Origin: the human T2T-CHM13v2.0 reference genome, Homo sapiens
Direction: 5' to 3' (one strand)
Length of the DNA stretch: 64,000 bases
NCBI RefSeq assembly: GCF_009914755.1
Contig: NC_060945.1
Shown piece after piece: positions 17,836 to 36,100 of this stretch. Made by a program: the position numbers and the translations under genes. Position 1 is the stretch's first letter; every line of letters begins with the position of its first letter. The notes under the pieces are model-generated. The model was not told the origin of the DNA. It saw only the letters and a program-made list of their open reading frames with translations, and searched no databases.

Positions 17836-19626
17836 TCATATTATATATATTATATATATTATGTATTACATAATACATATATAATACATATACATTATTA
17901 TATAACTTATATATGAAAATATATAATTATATGTAATATAACATAGTTATATATAATATACAACATATATAGTATATCATATATGATATATTTTATATTA
18001 CGTATTATATTTTATATATAATATTATATATATAATTATATAATTATATATAATATAAATGTATATAATTATATAATTATATATAATATAAATAATTGTA
18101 TATATAATTATATGATTATATAGTTATATGTATAATTATATAATTATATGTAATTATATATAATACATCACATATATAATATATAATATATAATATACAA
18201 TATATGATACGTAATATATGTGATATTTAATACATCATAATATATATTCATATTATATATGTAACATATATGATATATAATATATATAAGGTAATATATA
18301 ATAATATAATATATATCATATAATATATAATTATATATAATATATGGTTTTATATAATATATAGTTATATACAATATAGTTATATATAATATAAATCATA
18401 ATGTATATAGTATAATATATATTATATATCATATATATTTCGTATCATATATTGGATGTTATATATCATATATAGCATATATATCATATATGATATATAT
18501 GTCATATACCATATATTGTATATTAATATATTGTATATTATATATTACATATAATCTATGGTGTATATTATATATAATATATGATATACATTATATTATA
18601 TATAATAAATTATAAATTATAACATATATTATATATAACATATATAGTATGTAACGTATCACATGTATTATACATAATATATAACACATACATATAATAT
18701 ATAATATATGTATGATACATATTATGTATTATATATAATATATAATATATGTCAAATATAATATATATTATGTCATATTGTATATATATTATATATTATA
18801 TATTATATATAACAGATACTATATATATTATATATAATGTATATTATATATTTAATGCGTATATTATACATATAATATATATGTGATATATGATTTTTAT
18901 TATATATGTCATAAAATATATATTATGTCATGTATATATGTAATTATATATTATCAATTATATTACATATAATATATATAAGATGCAGGATGTAACAAAA
19001 TTATATATATGTTATATATATTATATATATTATACTATATATATATAATATATATATATTTGTGGGTGCCCTATTTCCCATCTCATAACTTATTTTAAGA
19101 AGCACAGCATTATAATGTGTGGGCTTGGGATTCAGTTTTTGAAACAAAACACTGAGCCTTCAATGACCTTTCGGTCTATGTAAAAGCACTCCTGTCTTCC
19201 TGGCAGCATTTGGACCTCACAATGTGGATTGTGCCCTCACCCTGCAATTTTTATGCCCTATCGCCATGGTGACGAGATTAGGGATCTCCTGCTCTTGGTC
19301 CTATGGGCCACTGCCTGTGCTGTGTTTTTCAAAGGTCAGAACAGATTGAACCTTTGTGGTTTTATTTTCCCTGATTTTGATTTTTCTCATGGGGAACCTA
19401 TGTTGCTGCATTGAAGGTATATTCATACTGGCCTTTCAAATGCGAACTCTTCAAATTACTACTTAATGCTTTCAAAATATGTTATTTAAAAAATTATCCT
19501 CTGTGTTTTCCATATGCAGTTATAAATATGATTCATGGTTATGTTTTATTCCTCAGTTTATATATTTGATTCTTGTACCAAGCAGAGTACCTTTGAAATT
19601 TTTTTTCATTTAAAACATATGTATCT

Positions 19627-19918
<292 letters not shown>

Positions 19919-22503
19919 TTATATATCATATATATTATATATTATATACTATGCTTTATATGTAATATATAATGTCATATTGTCATACTATATAATATTT
20001 ATCATATGTCATATTATGTATATTATATATATTGCATAATATATAGTATAAAATACATATACATTATTATATATCATATAGATGAAAATATATATTTATA
20101 TATAACATAACATATAGTTAGATATATAACATATCTAATATATCATATATAATATATAATATATATATTTTGTTATATATTATATTTTATATGTAATAAA
20201 TATATATCATTATATAATTGTATATAATCTAAATAGTTATAATCATAATTATATATAATATAACTATGTATATAATTATATAACTATAGTTATATGTATA
20301 TTTATATAACTATAAGTGTAATATATAATACAATATAAAATATATGTAATGTATAATATATAATATACAATATATGATACATAATATATATGATATTTAA
20401 TATATCATACTATAATGTAGATTTTAATATTATGTATGTAACATATATGTGATATATAATATATATTATGTAATATATAATGTAATGTAATATATGATAT
20501 ATCATGATATATAAAATATATAAGATTTTATATAACTTAATATTATATAGTTATATATAATTTAATATTATATAGTTATATATAATAGTATATTATATAT
20601 TTTTATATAATATATAGTTGATGTATAATACATCATAATACATATGAGGTATAATATATATTTTGTTATATATGATATTTAATATATAATATATATAATT
20701 ATACAATTATATATAATATAAATAATTATATAATGATATAATTATATATAATATAAATAATTGTATAATGATATAATTATATATAATTATATAATCATAA
20801 TTATATATTACATAAATTATATATAATTATATAATTATATAGTTATATTTATAATATAATTATATAGTTATATGTATAATTATATAACTAAGTATAATAT
20901 ATAATATTGTAATATATAACGTATAAAATATATAATATATAATATGTAATATATAATATATGATACATAATATATATGATATTTAATATAATATAATGTA
21001 TACTTTAATATTATGTATGTAACATATATTTTGTGATATATAATCTATATTATGTAATATATAATAATATAATATAATATATAATATATTGTTATATAAA
21101 AAATATAAATTATATATAACTTAATATTATATAGCTATACATAATATATTATGTAGTTATATATAATATATAGTTATATGTAATATATAGTTATATATAA
21201 TATATAGTTATAATATTATTTATATAAAATATAAATCATATAGTATATATCACAGTATATATCATATACCATATATATTATGTATCATATATTTTGTATT
21301 ATATATCATATATTATAGATCATATATGATATATTATATGTTATATATATCATATACCATATATCGTATATTATATATTATATATCACATATGGTGTATA
21401 TTATATATAATGTATGATATATATTATATTATATATGATAAATGATACATTATATATAACATTATATATTATATATAAAATATATATTTTATACAACATA
21501 TATAATATATAACATAAATTATATATAACATATAACATACATATAATATATATTTAATATATGTATTATGCATATAATATATATAATACATATATATTAT
21601 ATATCTCATAGAATATATATATGTCATATTATATATATATAATTATATATTATTATATATTGTATATTATATATGAAATATAATGATATCTAATGTATAT
21701 TATATATTTAATACATATATTATACATATAATATACTATATATGTGATATATAATATATATGTCTTAAAATATAATATACATTATATGTCATATAGTATA
21801 TATATAATTATGTGTTATCAATTATTATATTACATATAATATATATAAGATGCAGGATTTAAAACAAAATTACATATATTTTATATATATTATTTACATT
21901 ATACTATATATTATTATATATATAATATATATATATATGTGGGTGCCCTATTTCCCATCTCATAACTTATTTTAAGAAGCACAGCATAATAATGTGTGGG
22001 CTTGGGATTCAGTTCTTGAAAGAAAACACTGAGCCTTCAATGACGTTTCGGTCTGTGAAAAAGCACTCCTGTCTTCCTGGAAGCAGTTGTACCGCACAAT
22101 GTGGATTGTGCCCTCACCCTGCAATGTTTATGCCCTATCGCCATGGTGACGAGATTAGGGATCTCCTGCTCTTGGTCCTAAGGGCCACTGCCTGTGCTGT
22201 GTTTTTCAAAGGTCAGAACAGATTGAACCTTTGTGGTTTTATTTCCCCTGATTTTGATTTTTCTCATGGGGAACCTATGTTGCTGCATTGAAGGTATATT
22301 CATACTGGCCTTTCAAATGCGAACTCTTCAAATTACTAGTTAATGCTTTCCAAATATGTTATTTAGAAAATTATCTTCTGTATTTTCCATATGCAGTTAT
22401 AAATATGATTCATGGTTATGTTTTATTCCTCAGTTTATATATTTGATTGTTGTACCAAGCAGAGTACTTCTGAAACTTTTTTTCATTTGAAAAGTATGTA
22501 TCT

Positions 22504-22795
<292 letters not shown>

Positions 22796-24781
22796 TTATA
22801 TATGATATATATTATATATTATATGATATGCTTTCTATGTAATATATAATATATATGTCATAATATATAATATTTATGTTATTTTATATATAATATATAT
22901 TATATATATTACATAATATATATAATACATAATACATATTATCATATATCTTATAGAGGAAAATACATAGTTATATATAATGTAACATATAGTTATATAT
23001 AATGTATAACATATCTAATATATCATACATGATATATAACATATACATTGTATGTTATATATTATATTTTATATGTAATAAAATATATATAATTATATGT
23101 AATATAATTATATAATCATATATTTTTATATATAATATAAATAATTATGTATATAATTATATAGTTATATGTATAACTATATAACTAAGTATAATTATAT
23201 ATAATATAATAAATATATAATGTATAATATATAATATATAGTATACAACATCTACATAATGTATATATTTAATATATCATAATATAATGTATATTTTAAT
23301 ATTGTGTATGTAACTTATTATGTGATATATAATATATATTGTGTAATATATAATAATATAATGTAATATATATGTTATATAACATAAAATGTTATATAAC
23401 TTAATATTATATAGTTCTATATAATATACTATTATATATTCCTATATAATAGTATATTATATATTTATATGTATTATATAGTTGTATATATTAGTTATGT
23501 ATAATATAAAACATATATAATATAGATCATATAATATATATTATATAGCATATATATTATGTCATATATTATATATTATATATCATATATATCATATGTG
23601 ATATATATATCATATACCATATATTGTATATTATATATTATAATATATGGTGTATATTATATATAATATATGATATACATTATATTATCTATAATAAATT
23701 ATACATTATATATAACATTATATATAATATATATAACATATATTGTATATAACATAACATATAACATATATTTTATATAATATATAACATATATCATATA
23801 TAATATATAACATACATATAATATACATTTAATATATGTATTATACATATAAAGTATATATAATATATAATTTATATTATATAAATGTCATAAAATATAT
23901 ATTGTATGTCATATTGTACATATATAATTATGTATTATATATTATATATTATATATAACATGGATATAGTATCTATATTATATAATGTATATTATATATT
24001 TAATAGGTGTATTATACATATAATGTATATGTGATATATAATATATATTATATATGTCTTAAAATATATATATTTCATATTTTATATATATAATTATATA
24101 TTATCAATTATTATATTACATATATAATATGCAGGATGTAAAACAAAATTATATATGTTATATATATTATATATATTATACTATATATTATTATATATAT
24201 AATATATGTATATATATATTGTGGGTGCCCTATTTCCCATCTCATAACTTATTTTAAGAAGCACAGCATAATGTGTGGGCTTGGGATTCAGTTTTTGAAA
24301 GAAAACACTGAGCCTTCAATGAGCTTTCGGTCTAGGTAAAAGCACTCCTGTCTTCCTGGCAGCAGTTGGACCTCACAGTGTGGATTGGGCCCTCACCCTG
24401 CAATGTTGATGCCCTATCGCCATGGTGACGGGATTAGGGATCTCCTACTCTTGGTCCTAAGGGCCACTGCCTGTGCTGTGTTTTTCAAAGGTCAGAACAG
24501 ATTGAACCTTTGTGGTTTTATTTTCCCTGATTTTGATTTTTCTCATGGGAAACCTATGTTGCTGCATTGAAGATATATTCATACTGGCCTTTCAAATGCG
24601 AACTCTTCAAATTACTGGTTAATGCTTTCAAAATATATTATTTAAGAAATTATCCTCTGTATTTTCCATATGCAGTTATAAATATGTTTCATGGTTATGT
24701 TTTATTCCTCAGTTTATATATTTGATTATTGTACCAAGCAGATTACCTTTGAAATTTTTTTCCTTTTAAAAATATGTATCT

Positions 24782-25090
<309 letters not shown>

Positions 25091-27021
25091 TTATATAATA
25101 TGCTTTATATGTAATATATATCACAAATATGTCATAATATATATTTATCATATGTCATGTTACATATATTATATATATTATATATTATGTAATATATATA
25201 ATACATATACATTATTATATATCTTATAGATGAAAATATATATATATTATATAACATAGTTATATGTAATATATAACATATCTATCATATATGATATATT
25301 ATATATATTTTATGTCATATATTTTATATATAATATAACATATAATTATATAATTATATATAATATAAATACTTATATAATCATATAATTATATACACAA
25401 TGTATATAATTATATAATTATATAGTTATATGTATAATTATATAACTATAAGTATATATAATACAATATATAACAAAATATATAATATAATATATAATAT
25501 ACAATATATGATACATAATATATATATTTAATATATCATAATATAATATATATTTTAATATTATGTATGTAACATATATTATGTGATATATAATATATAA
25601 TGTAATATGTGATATATAATATATAATATATAACAATATATGTTGATATAACATGAAATATATAATAAAATTATATATGTTAATATTATATAGTTATATA
25701 TAATATAATATATACATATATCGTAGTTATATATAATAAATATTTATATATACTATAATATAAAACATATAATATATATCATAGTATGTATTATATACCA
25801 TATATATTATATATCATATATTGTATATTATATATCATGTATTATATATCATATATATATCTGGTATAATATATATATCATATACCATATATTTAATATT
25901 ATATATTATATATAACATATGGTGTATATTACATATAATGTATGATATATATTATATATAATAATACATTACATATATATTATATATGTCATATATAGTA
26001 TATAACATATATGTAACAGCATATATAAGATATAACATGTAACATATATAATATATAACATACATATTATAATATATGTATTATACATATTAATTATTAT
26101 ATATAATATATAATATGTATTATATATGTCATAAAATATAATATGTGATATTGTATATATAATTATGTTATTACATATTATATATTATATTTATCTTAGA
26201 TATATATATTACATATAATGTATATTATATATTTAATGATTATTATACTTGTAATATATATGTGATATATAATATATATTATATATCATAAAATATAATG
26301 TATATTATGTCATCTTGTAGATATATAATAATTATATATTATCAATTATTGTATTACATATATAACATAAGATGCAGGACGTAAAACAAAATTATATATA
26401 TTTTAAAAATATATATATTATACTATATATTATTATGTATACAACATATATATATATATGTGCATGCCCTATTTCCAATCTCATAACTTATTTTAAGAAG
26501 CACAGCATAATAAAGTGTGTGCTTGGGATTCAGTTTTTGAAACAAAACACTGAACCTTCAATGACCTTTCGGTCTATGTAAAAGCTCTCCTGTCTTCCTG
26601 GCAGCAGTTGGACCTCACAATGTGGATTGTGCCCTCACCCTGCAATGTTTATGCCCTATCGCCATGGTGACGGGATTAGGGATCTCCTGCTCTTGGTCCT
26701 AAGGGCCACTGTCTGTGCTGTGTTTTTCAAAGGTCAGAACAGATTGAACCTTTGTGGTTTTATTTCCCCTGATTTTGATTTTTCTCATGGGGAACCTATG
26801 TTGCTGCATTGAAGGTATATTCATACTGGCCTTTCAAATGCAAACTCTTCAAATTACTAGTTAATGCTTTCAAAACATAGTATTTAAAATGTTATCTGTA
26901 TTTTCCATATTCAGTTATAAATATGTTTCATGGTTATGTTTTATTCCTCAGATTATATATTTGATTGTTGTACCAAGCAGAGTACCTTTGAAATTTTTTT
27001 TCATTTAAAAAATATGTATCT

Positions 27022-27313
<292 letters not shown>

Positions 27314-29294
27314 TTATATATGATATATATTACAAATTATATAATATGCTTCATATGTAATATAAAATATCATATATATTATGTCATATATATTTATCAT
27401 ATGTCATATATATTATATGTATTATATATATTACATAATGTATATAATATATAATAAATATACATTATTATATGTCTTATAGATGAAAATATATATTTAT
27501 ATATTATATAACATAGTTATATGTAATATAATATATAACATATCTATCATATATGATATATAATATATATATTTTATGTTATATATATTTTATATATAAC
27601 ATAGTATATATAATTATATAATTATATGTAATATAAATACTTGTATAATCATATAATTATATACATAATATAAATAATTATATATATAATTATATAGTTA
27701 TATGTATAATTATATAACTAAGTATAATAATATATAATATTATAATATATTAAATATAAAATATATAATATATAATATACAATATATGATACATAATACA
27801 TATGTTATTTAATATATCATAATATAATATATATTTTAATATGTATGTGACATATTTTGGTATATAATATATATTATGTTATATATAATATATATAATAT
27901 AATATACGAAATATATAATAACATTATATATGTTAATATATATTTATATATAATGTGATATGCAGTTACATATAATTGTATATTTATATATAATATAAAA
28001 TATTTATATATAATATATAAAACATATATAACATATATCATATGATATATATTATATACCATATATATTATGTATCATATGTTGTATATTATATATCATG
28101 TATTGTATATCATATATATCATCTGGTGTTTTATATATATCATATACCATATATTGTATATATTATATATAATATATGGTGTATATTAGATATAATATAT
28201 GATATACATTATATTATATTAAATAATACATTAAATATAACTCATATATTATATATAACATATATAGTATATAACATATATAATATATAACATATAGTAT
28301 ATATAATATGTAACATAGCTTATATATAATATATAACATATACATATTATATATTTAATATATGTATTATACATATAAATTATTATATATATAATATATA
28401 ATGCATATTATATATATGTCAAAATATATATGTCGTATTGTATATAATTATATGCTGTTATATATTATTATGTATCATATATGTTACATATATAATATAT
28501 ATAATGTATGTTATATACTTAATACGTTTATTATACTTGTAATATTTATGTGATATATAATATATATCTCATAAAATATATATTATATGTCATTGTAGAT
28601 ATATAATGTATTTTATCAATTATATTACATATAATATATATAATAGATGCAGGATGTAAAACAAAATTATATGTATTTTATAAATATGTATATTATACTA
28701 TATATTAAGTATACTATATTTATATATATGTGGGTGCCCTATTTCCCATCTCATAACTTATTTTAAGAAGCACAGCATAATAATGTGTGGGCTTGGGATT
28801 CAGTTTTTAAAACAAAACACTGAGCCTTCAATGACCTTTCGGTCTAGGTAAAAGCACTCCTGTCTTCCTGGCAGCAGTTGGACCTCACAATGTGGATTGT
28901 TACCTCACCCTGCAAAGTTGATGCCCTATCGCCATGGTGACGAGATTAGGGATCTCCTGCTCTTGGTCCTAAGGGCCACTGCCTGTGCTGTGTTTTTCAA
29001 AGGTCAGAACAGATTGAACCTTTGTGGTTTTATTTTCCCTCATTTTGATTTTTCTCATGGGGAACCTATGTTGCTGCATTGAAGGTATATTCATACTGGC
29101 CTTTCAAATGCGAACTCTTCAAATTACTACTTAATGCTTTCAAAATATGTTATTTAGAAAATTATCCTCTGTATTTTCCATATGCAGTTATAAATATGTT
29201 TCATGGTTATGTTTTATTCCTCAGTTTAAATATTTGATTATTGTACCAAGCAGAGAACATTTGAAATTTTTTTTCATTTAGAAAATATGTATCT

Positions 29295-29586
29295 TGGCTC
29301 AGGCCTGTAATCCCAGCACTTTTGGAGGCCAAGGCAAGAGGATCACAAGGTGAGGAGATCAAGACCATCCTGGCCAATACAGTGAAACGCTGTCACTATT
29401 AAAAATCCAAAAAATTAGCTAGGCATGGTGGCAGCTGGTGTAGTACCAGTGCGGTGTAGTCCCAGCTACCAGGGAGGCTGAGGTAGGACAATCGCTTGAA
29501 CACGTGAGGCACATGTTGCAGTGAGCAAAGATGGCGCCATTGTACTCCAGCCTGTGCAACAAAACAAGATGCTGTCTAAAAAAAAA
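29295..29586 (+). mobile_element. Alu within HSat1B unit 8
   Basis: Same truncation point and internal duplication. Confidence 0.9.
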
Positions 29587-30132
29587 TTATATATGACATA
29601 TACCATATATTATATAATATGCTTTACATGTAATATATAATGTCATATATATTATATGTCATAATATGTAATATTTATCATGTCATATTATATATATATT
29701 ATATATGTTATGTAATATATATTATATAATACATATACATTATATATATTATAGATGAAAATATATAGTTATATATAATGTAATATAAAGTTATATATAA
29801 TAAAATGTATAACATGTCTAATATGCCATATGATATATAATATATATATTTTGTTACATATTTTAATTTATATATAATAAAATATATATAATTGTATAAT
29901 TATATGTAATATAAATAAATATATAATCATATAATTATATATATAATACAAATAATTATGTATATAATTATATCATTATGTAGTTATATGTATAATTATA
30001 TAAGTGTCATTATATATAATATAGTATATAACATATAAAATATATAATATATAATATATAATGTACAATATATGATACATATGTATATTTAATATATCAT
30101 AATATAATTTATATGTTAATATTTGATATTAT

Positions 30133-33100
30133 GCTCCCAAACTATATAACATATACTGTACATAAAATATCAAAGTTTGCAAACTATTCCATACTGTACA
30201 TAAAATATCAAAGTACCGAATCTATATATTATATACTGTACATAAAATATCAAGGTACCGAAAATATATATTAGTGTACATAAAATATAAAAGTACACCA
30301 AATATATATTCTATGCTGTACATAAAATATCAAAGTACCCCAAATATATATTCTATATTGTAAATAAAATATCAAAGTACACAAACATGTATTATCTACT
30401 GTACATAACATATCAAAGTACCCAAACTATATATTATATACTGTACACAAAATATCAAATTACACCAAATATATATTCTATACTGTACAAAAAATATCAA
30501 AGTACACCAAATATATATTCTGTACTGTACATAAAATATCAGACTACCCAAACATATATACTGTACTTAATATATCAAAGTACCCAAACTGTATATTTCA
30601 TACTGTACATAAAATATCAAGGTACCCAAAGTATATATTATATACTGTTCATAAAATATCAAAGTACCCATAGTATATATTATAAACTGTACATAAATAT
30701 CAGAGTACCTAAGTTATATATTATATAGTGTAAAAAAAATTCAAAGTACCCAAACTATATATTATGTACTGTACATAATATATCAAAGTAACCAAACTAT
30801 ATATTATATACTATACATAAAATATCAAAGTACCCAAACTGTATATTATATGCTGCACATAAAATATCAAAGTACGCAAAGTATATATTATATACTGTAC
30901 ATAAAATATCAAAGTACCCAAACATTCATTATAAACTCTACATGAAATATCAGGGTAAGCAAACTATATATTATATACTGTACGTAAAATATCAAAGTAC
31001 CCAATGTATATATTATATACTGTATATAAAATATCAAAGTACCCAAAGTATGTGTTATACACTGTACATAAAATATCAAAGTACCCAAACATATATACTG
31101 TACATAAAATATCAAAGTACTCATAGAATATATTATAAACTGTATATAAAATATCAAAGTACCCAAACTATACGTTATATAATGTACATAAAATATCAAA
31201 GTACATCAAATATAGATTATATACTGTACATAAGATATCAAAGTGCCGAATCTATATATTATGTACTGTACATAAAATATCAAAGTACACAAATATATAC
31301 TGTACATAAAATATGAAAGTAACCATTTATAATAAACTGTACATAAAATATCAAAGTACTCAAACTACGTATTATATACAGTACATAAAATATCAAAGTA
31401 CCCAAACTGTATATTATATACTGTACATAAAACATCAAAGTACCCAAACTATATATTATATATTGTACATAAAATATCAAAGAACCCTAACTATATATTA
31501 TATACTGTACATAAAATAAGAAAGTGCATCAAATATATATTATATTCTGTACATAAAATATCAAAGTACACCAAATATATATTCTATACTGTAAATAAAA
31601 TATCAAAGTACCCCAAAAATTTATTATATACTCTACATAACTTATCAAAGTTTGCAAACTATATATTATATACTGTACATAAAATATCAAAGTACCCAAA
31701 GTATATATTGTATAGTGTACATCAAATATGAAAGTTCATCAAATACATATTTTATTCTGTACTTAAAATATCAAAGTACACCAAATATATATTCTATACT
31801 GTACTTAAAATATCAAAGTACACAAACAGGTATTATATACTGAACATAAAATATCAAAGTACCCATACAATATATTATAAACTGTACATAAAATATCAAA
31901 GTACCCAAACTATACATTATATAATGTACATAAAATATCAAAGTACATCAAATATATATTATATACTGTCCATAAAATATCAAAGTGCCGAATCTATATA
32001 TTATATACTGTACATAAAATATCAAAGTACACCAAATATATATTCTATACTGCACATAGAATATCAAAGTACACCAAATATATATTCTGTACTGTACATA
32101 AAATATCAACTACCCAAACATATATACTGTACATAATATATCAAAGTACCCAAACTATATATTTTATACTGTACATAAAATATCAAGGTACTCAAAGAAC
32201 ACATTATATACTGTACATAAAATATGAAATTATATCAAATATATATTATATTAGGTACATAAAATATGAAAGTACATCAAATATAGATTATATACTGTAC
32301 ATAAAATATCAAAGTAACGCAAATATATATTATATACTGTACATGAAATATCAAAGTACACAAACTATTATATACTGTATATAAAATATCAAAATACCCA
32401 CAGTATATATTATGTACTGTACATGACATATCAAAGTAACCAAACTATATATGATACACTGTACATAAAATATCAAGGTACCCAAAGTATATATTATATA
32501 CTGTTCATAAAATATCAAAGAAAGTACATATTATAAACTGTACATAAATATCAAAGTACCGAAGTTATATTATATATTGTAAAAAATATCAAAGTTCCCA
32601 CACTATATATTATGTACTGTACATAACATATCAAAGTAACCAAACTATATATTATATACTGTACATAAAATATCAAAGTACCCAAACTATATATTATATA
32701 CTGTAGATAAAATATCAAAGTACCCAAACTATATATTATATACTGTACATAAAATATCAAAGTACCCAAAGTAGATATTATATACTGTACATAATATATC
32801 AAAGTACCCAAACATTTATTATAAACTCTACATGAAATATCAGGGTAACAAAACTATATATTATATACTGTACATAAAATATCAAAGCACACAAAGTATA
32901 TATTATATACTGCACTTAAAATATCAAAGTACCCAATCTATGTGTTATATACTGTACATAAAATATCAACGTACCCAAACATATATTGTATACCGTAAAT
33001 AAAATTTCAAAGTACTCATATAATATATTATAAACTGTATATAAAATATCAAAGTCCCCAAACTACACGTTATATAAAGTACATAAAATATCAAAGTACA

Positions 33101-36100
33101 TCAAATATAGCTTATATACTGTACATAAAATATCAAAGTGCCGAATCTATATATTATATACTGTACAAAATATATCAAAGTACACAAACTATTATGTACT
33201 GTACATATAATATCAAAGTACACCAAATATATATTCTATACTGTACAAAAAATATCAAACTACACGAAATATATATTCTATACTGTACATAAAATATCAA
33301 AGTACACCAAATATATATTCTATACTGTACATAAAATATGAAAGTACCCAAACAGGTATTATATACTGTACATAAAATATCAAATTACACAAACTATACA
33401 TTATATACTGTACATAAAATATCAAAGTACCCAAACTATATATTATATACTGTACATAAAATATCAAAGTATCCAAACTATATATTATATACTGTACATA
33501 AACTATGAAAGTGCATCAAATATATATTATATTATGAACATAAAATATCAAAGTACCTCAAATAAATGTTATATACTCTACATAAAATATCAAAGTTCGC
33601 AAACTATATATTATATACTGTACATAAAGTATCAAAGTACCCAAAATATATATTATGTACTGTACATAAAATATGAAGGTACATCAAATATATATTATAT
33701 TCTGTACATAAAATATCAAAGTACACCAAAATATATACTGTACATAAAATATCAAATTACACCAAATATATATTATATACTGTACATAAAATATAAGATT
33801 ACCCAAAGTATGTATTATATACTGTACATAAAATATCAAAGTACCCAAAATATGTATAATATACTGTACATAAATTATGAAAGTACCCAAACTTTTATAA
33901 TAAACTGTACATAAAATAATAAAGTACTCAAACTATATATTCTATACAGTACATAAAATATCAAAGTACCCAAACTGTATATTATATATTGTACATAAAA
34001 TATCAAAGTATCCAAAATATATATTATGTACTGTACATAAAATATGAAGGTACATCAAATATATATTATATTCTGTACATAAAATATGAAAGTACTCCAA
34101 AATATATTATATACTGTACATAATATATTAAAGTCGCCCAAATATATATTATATACTGTACATAATAAAGGTCTCCCAAATATATATTATATACTGTACA
34201 TAAAATATGAAGTTACATCAAATATATTTTATATTCTGTACATAAAATCTGAAAGTACACCAAATATATATTATATGCTGCACATAAAATATCAAAGTAC
34301 CCAAAGAATGTATTATATACTGTACATAAAATATCAAAGTACCCAAAATATGTATAATATACTGTACATAAATTATGAAAGTACCCAAACATTTATAATA
34401 AACTGTACATAAAATAACAAACTACCCAAACTGCATATTATATACTGTACATAAAATATCAAAGTACCCAAATTGTATATTATATGGTACACATGAAATA
34501 TCAAAGTACCCAAATATATATTATATGCTGTACATAAAATATTAAAGTACACCAAAATATATACTGTACATAAAATATCAAATTACCCAAAGTATGTATT
34601 ACATTCTGTACATAAAATATCAAAGTACCCAAAATATGTATAATATACTGTACATAAATTATGAAAGTACCCAAACATTTGTAATAAACTGTACATAAAA
34701 TAACAAAGTACTCAAACTATATATTATATACTGTACATAAAATATCAAAGTACTCAAACTGTATATTATATACTGTACATAAAATACCAAAGTACCCAAA
34801 ATATATATTATATACTGTACATAAAATATGAAAGTACCCAAAGTATGTATTATATACTGTACATAAAATATCAAATTACACCAAATATATATTATATACT
34901 GTACATAAAATATCAAAGTACCCAAAATATGTATAATATACCGTACATAAATTATGAAAGTACACAAACATTTATAATAAACTGTACATAAAATAACAAA
35001 GTACTCAAACTACATATTGCATACTATACATAAAATATCAAAGTACCCAAACTGTATATTATATACTGTACACAAAATATCAAAGAACCAAAAGTAAATA
35101 TTATATAATGTACATAAATTATCAAAGTACCCAAAGTATATATTATATACTGTACATAAAATATGAAGGTACATCAAATATATATTATATTCTGTACATA
35201 AAATATCAAAGTACACCAAATATATATTATATACTGTACATAAAATATCAAAGTACCCAAAATATGTATAATATACTGTATATAAATTATGAAAGTACCC
35301 AAATATTTATAATAAACTGTACATAAAATAACAAAGTACTCAAACTGTATATTATATACTGTACATAAAATATCAAAGTACCCAAAATATTTATTATATA
35401 CTGTACATAAAATATCAAAGTACCCAAAGTATGTATTATATACTGTACATAAAATATCAAATTACACCAAATATATATTATATACTGTACATAAAATATC
35501 AAAGTACCGAAAGTACGTATTATATACTGTACATAAATTATGAAAGTACACATTTATAATAAACTGTACATAAAATAACAAAGTACACAAACTATATATT
35601 ATATACTGTACATAAAATATCAAAGTACCTAAACTGTATATTATATACTGTACATAAAATATCAAAGTACCGAAAATATATATGTACTGTACAAAAAATA
35701 TGAAGGTACATCAAATATATATTATATTCTGTACATAAAATATCAAAGTACATCAAAATACAGTATATACTGTACATAATATATTAAAGTGGCCCAAATA
35801 TATATTATATACTGTACATAATATATTAAGGTCTCCCAAATATATATTATATACTGTATATAAAATATGAAGGTACATAAAATATATATTATATTCTGTA
35901 CATAAAATCCGAAAGTACACCAAATATATGTTATATGCTGCACATAAAATATCAAAGTACCCAAAGTATGTATTATATACTGTACATAAAATATCAAAGT
36001 ACCCAAAATATGTATAATATACTGTACATAAATTATGAAAGTACCCAAACATTTATAATAAACTGTACATAAAATAACAACGTACTCAAACTATATATCC

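Noticed and set aside
19128-19160. Hairpin ttcagtttttg-aaa-caaaacactgag in the HSATI core (terminator- or ncRNA-like)
   Set aside because: Short, AT-rich and bulged. It is disrupted in several units (gaaagaaaac, acagaacaat) with no compensatory changes.
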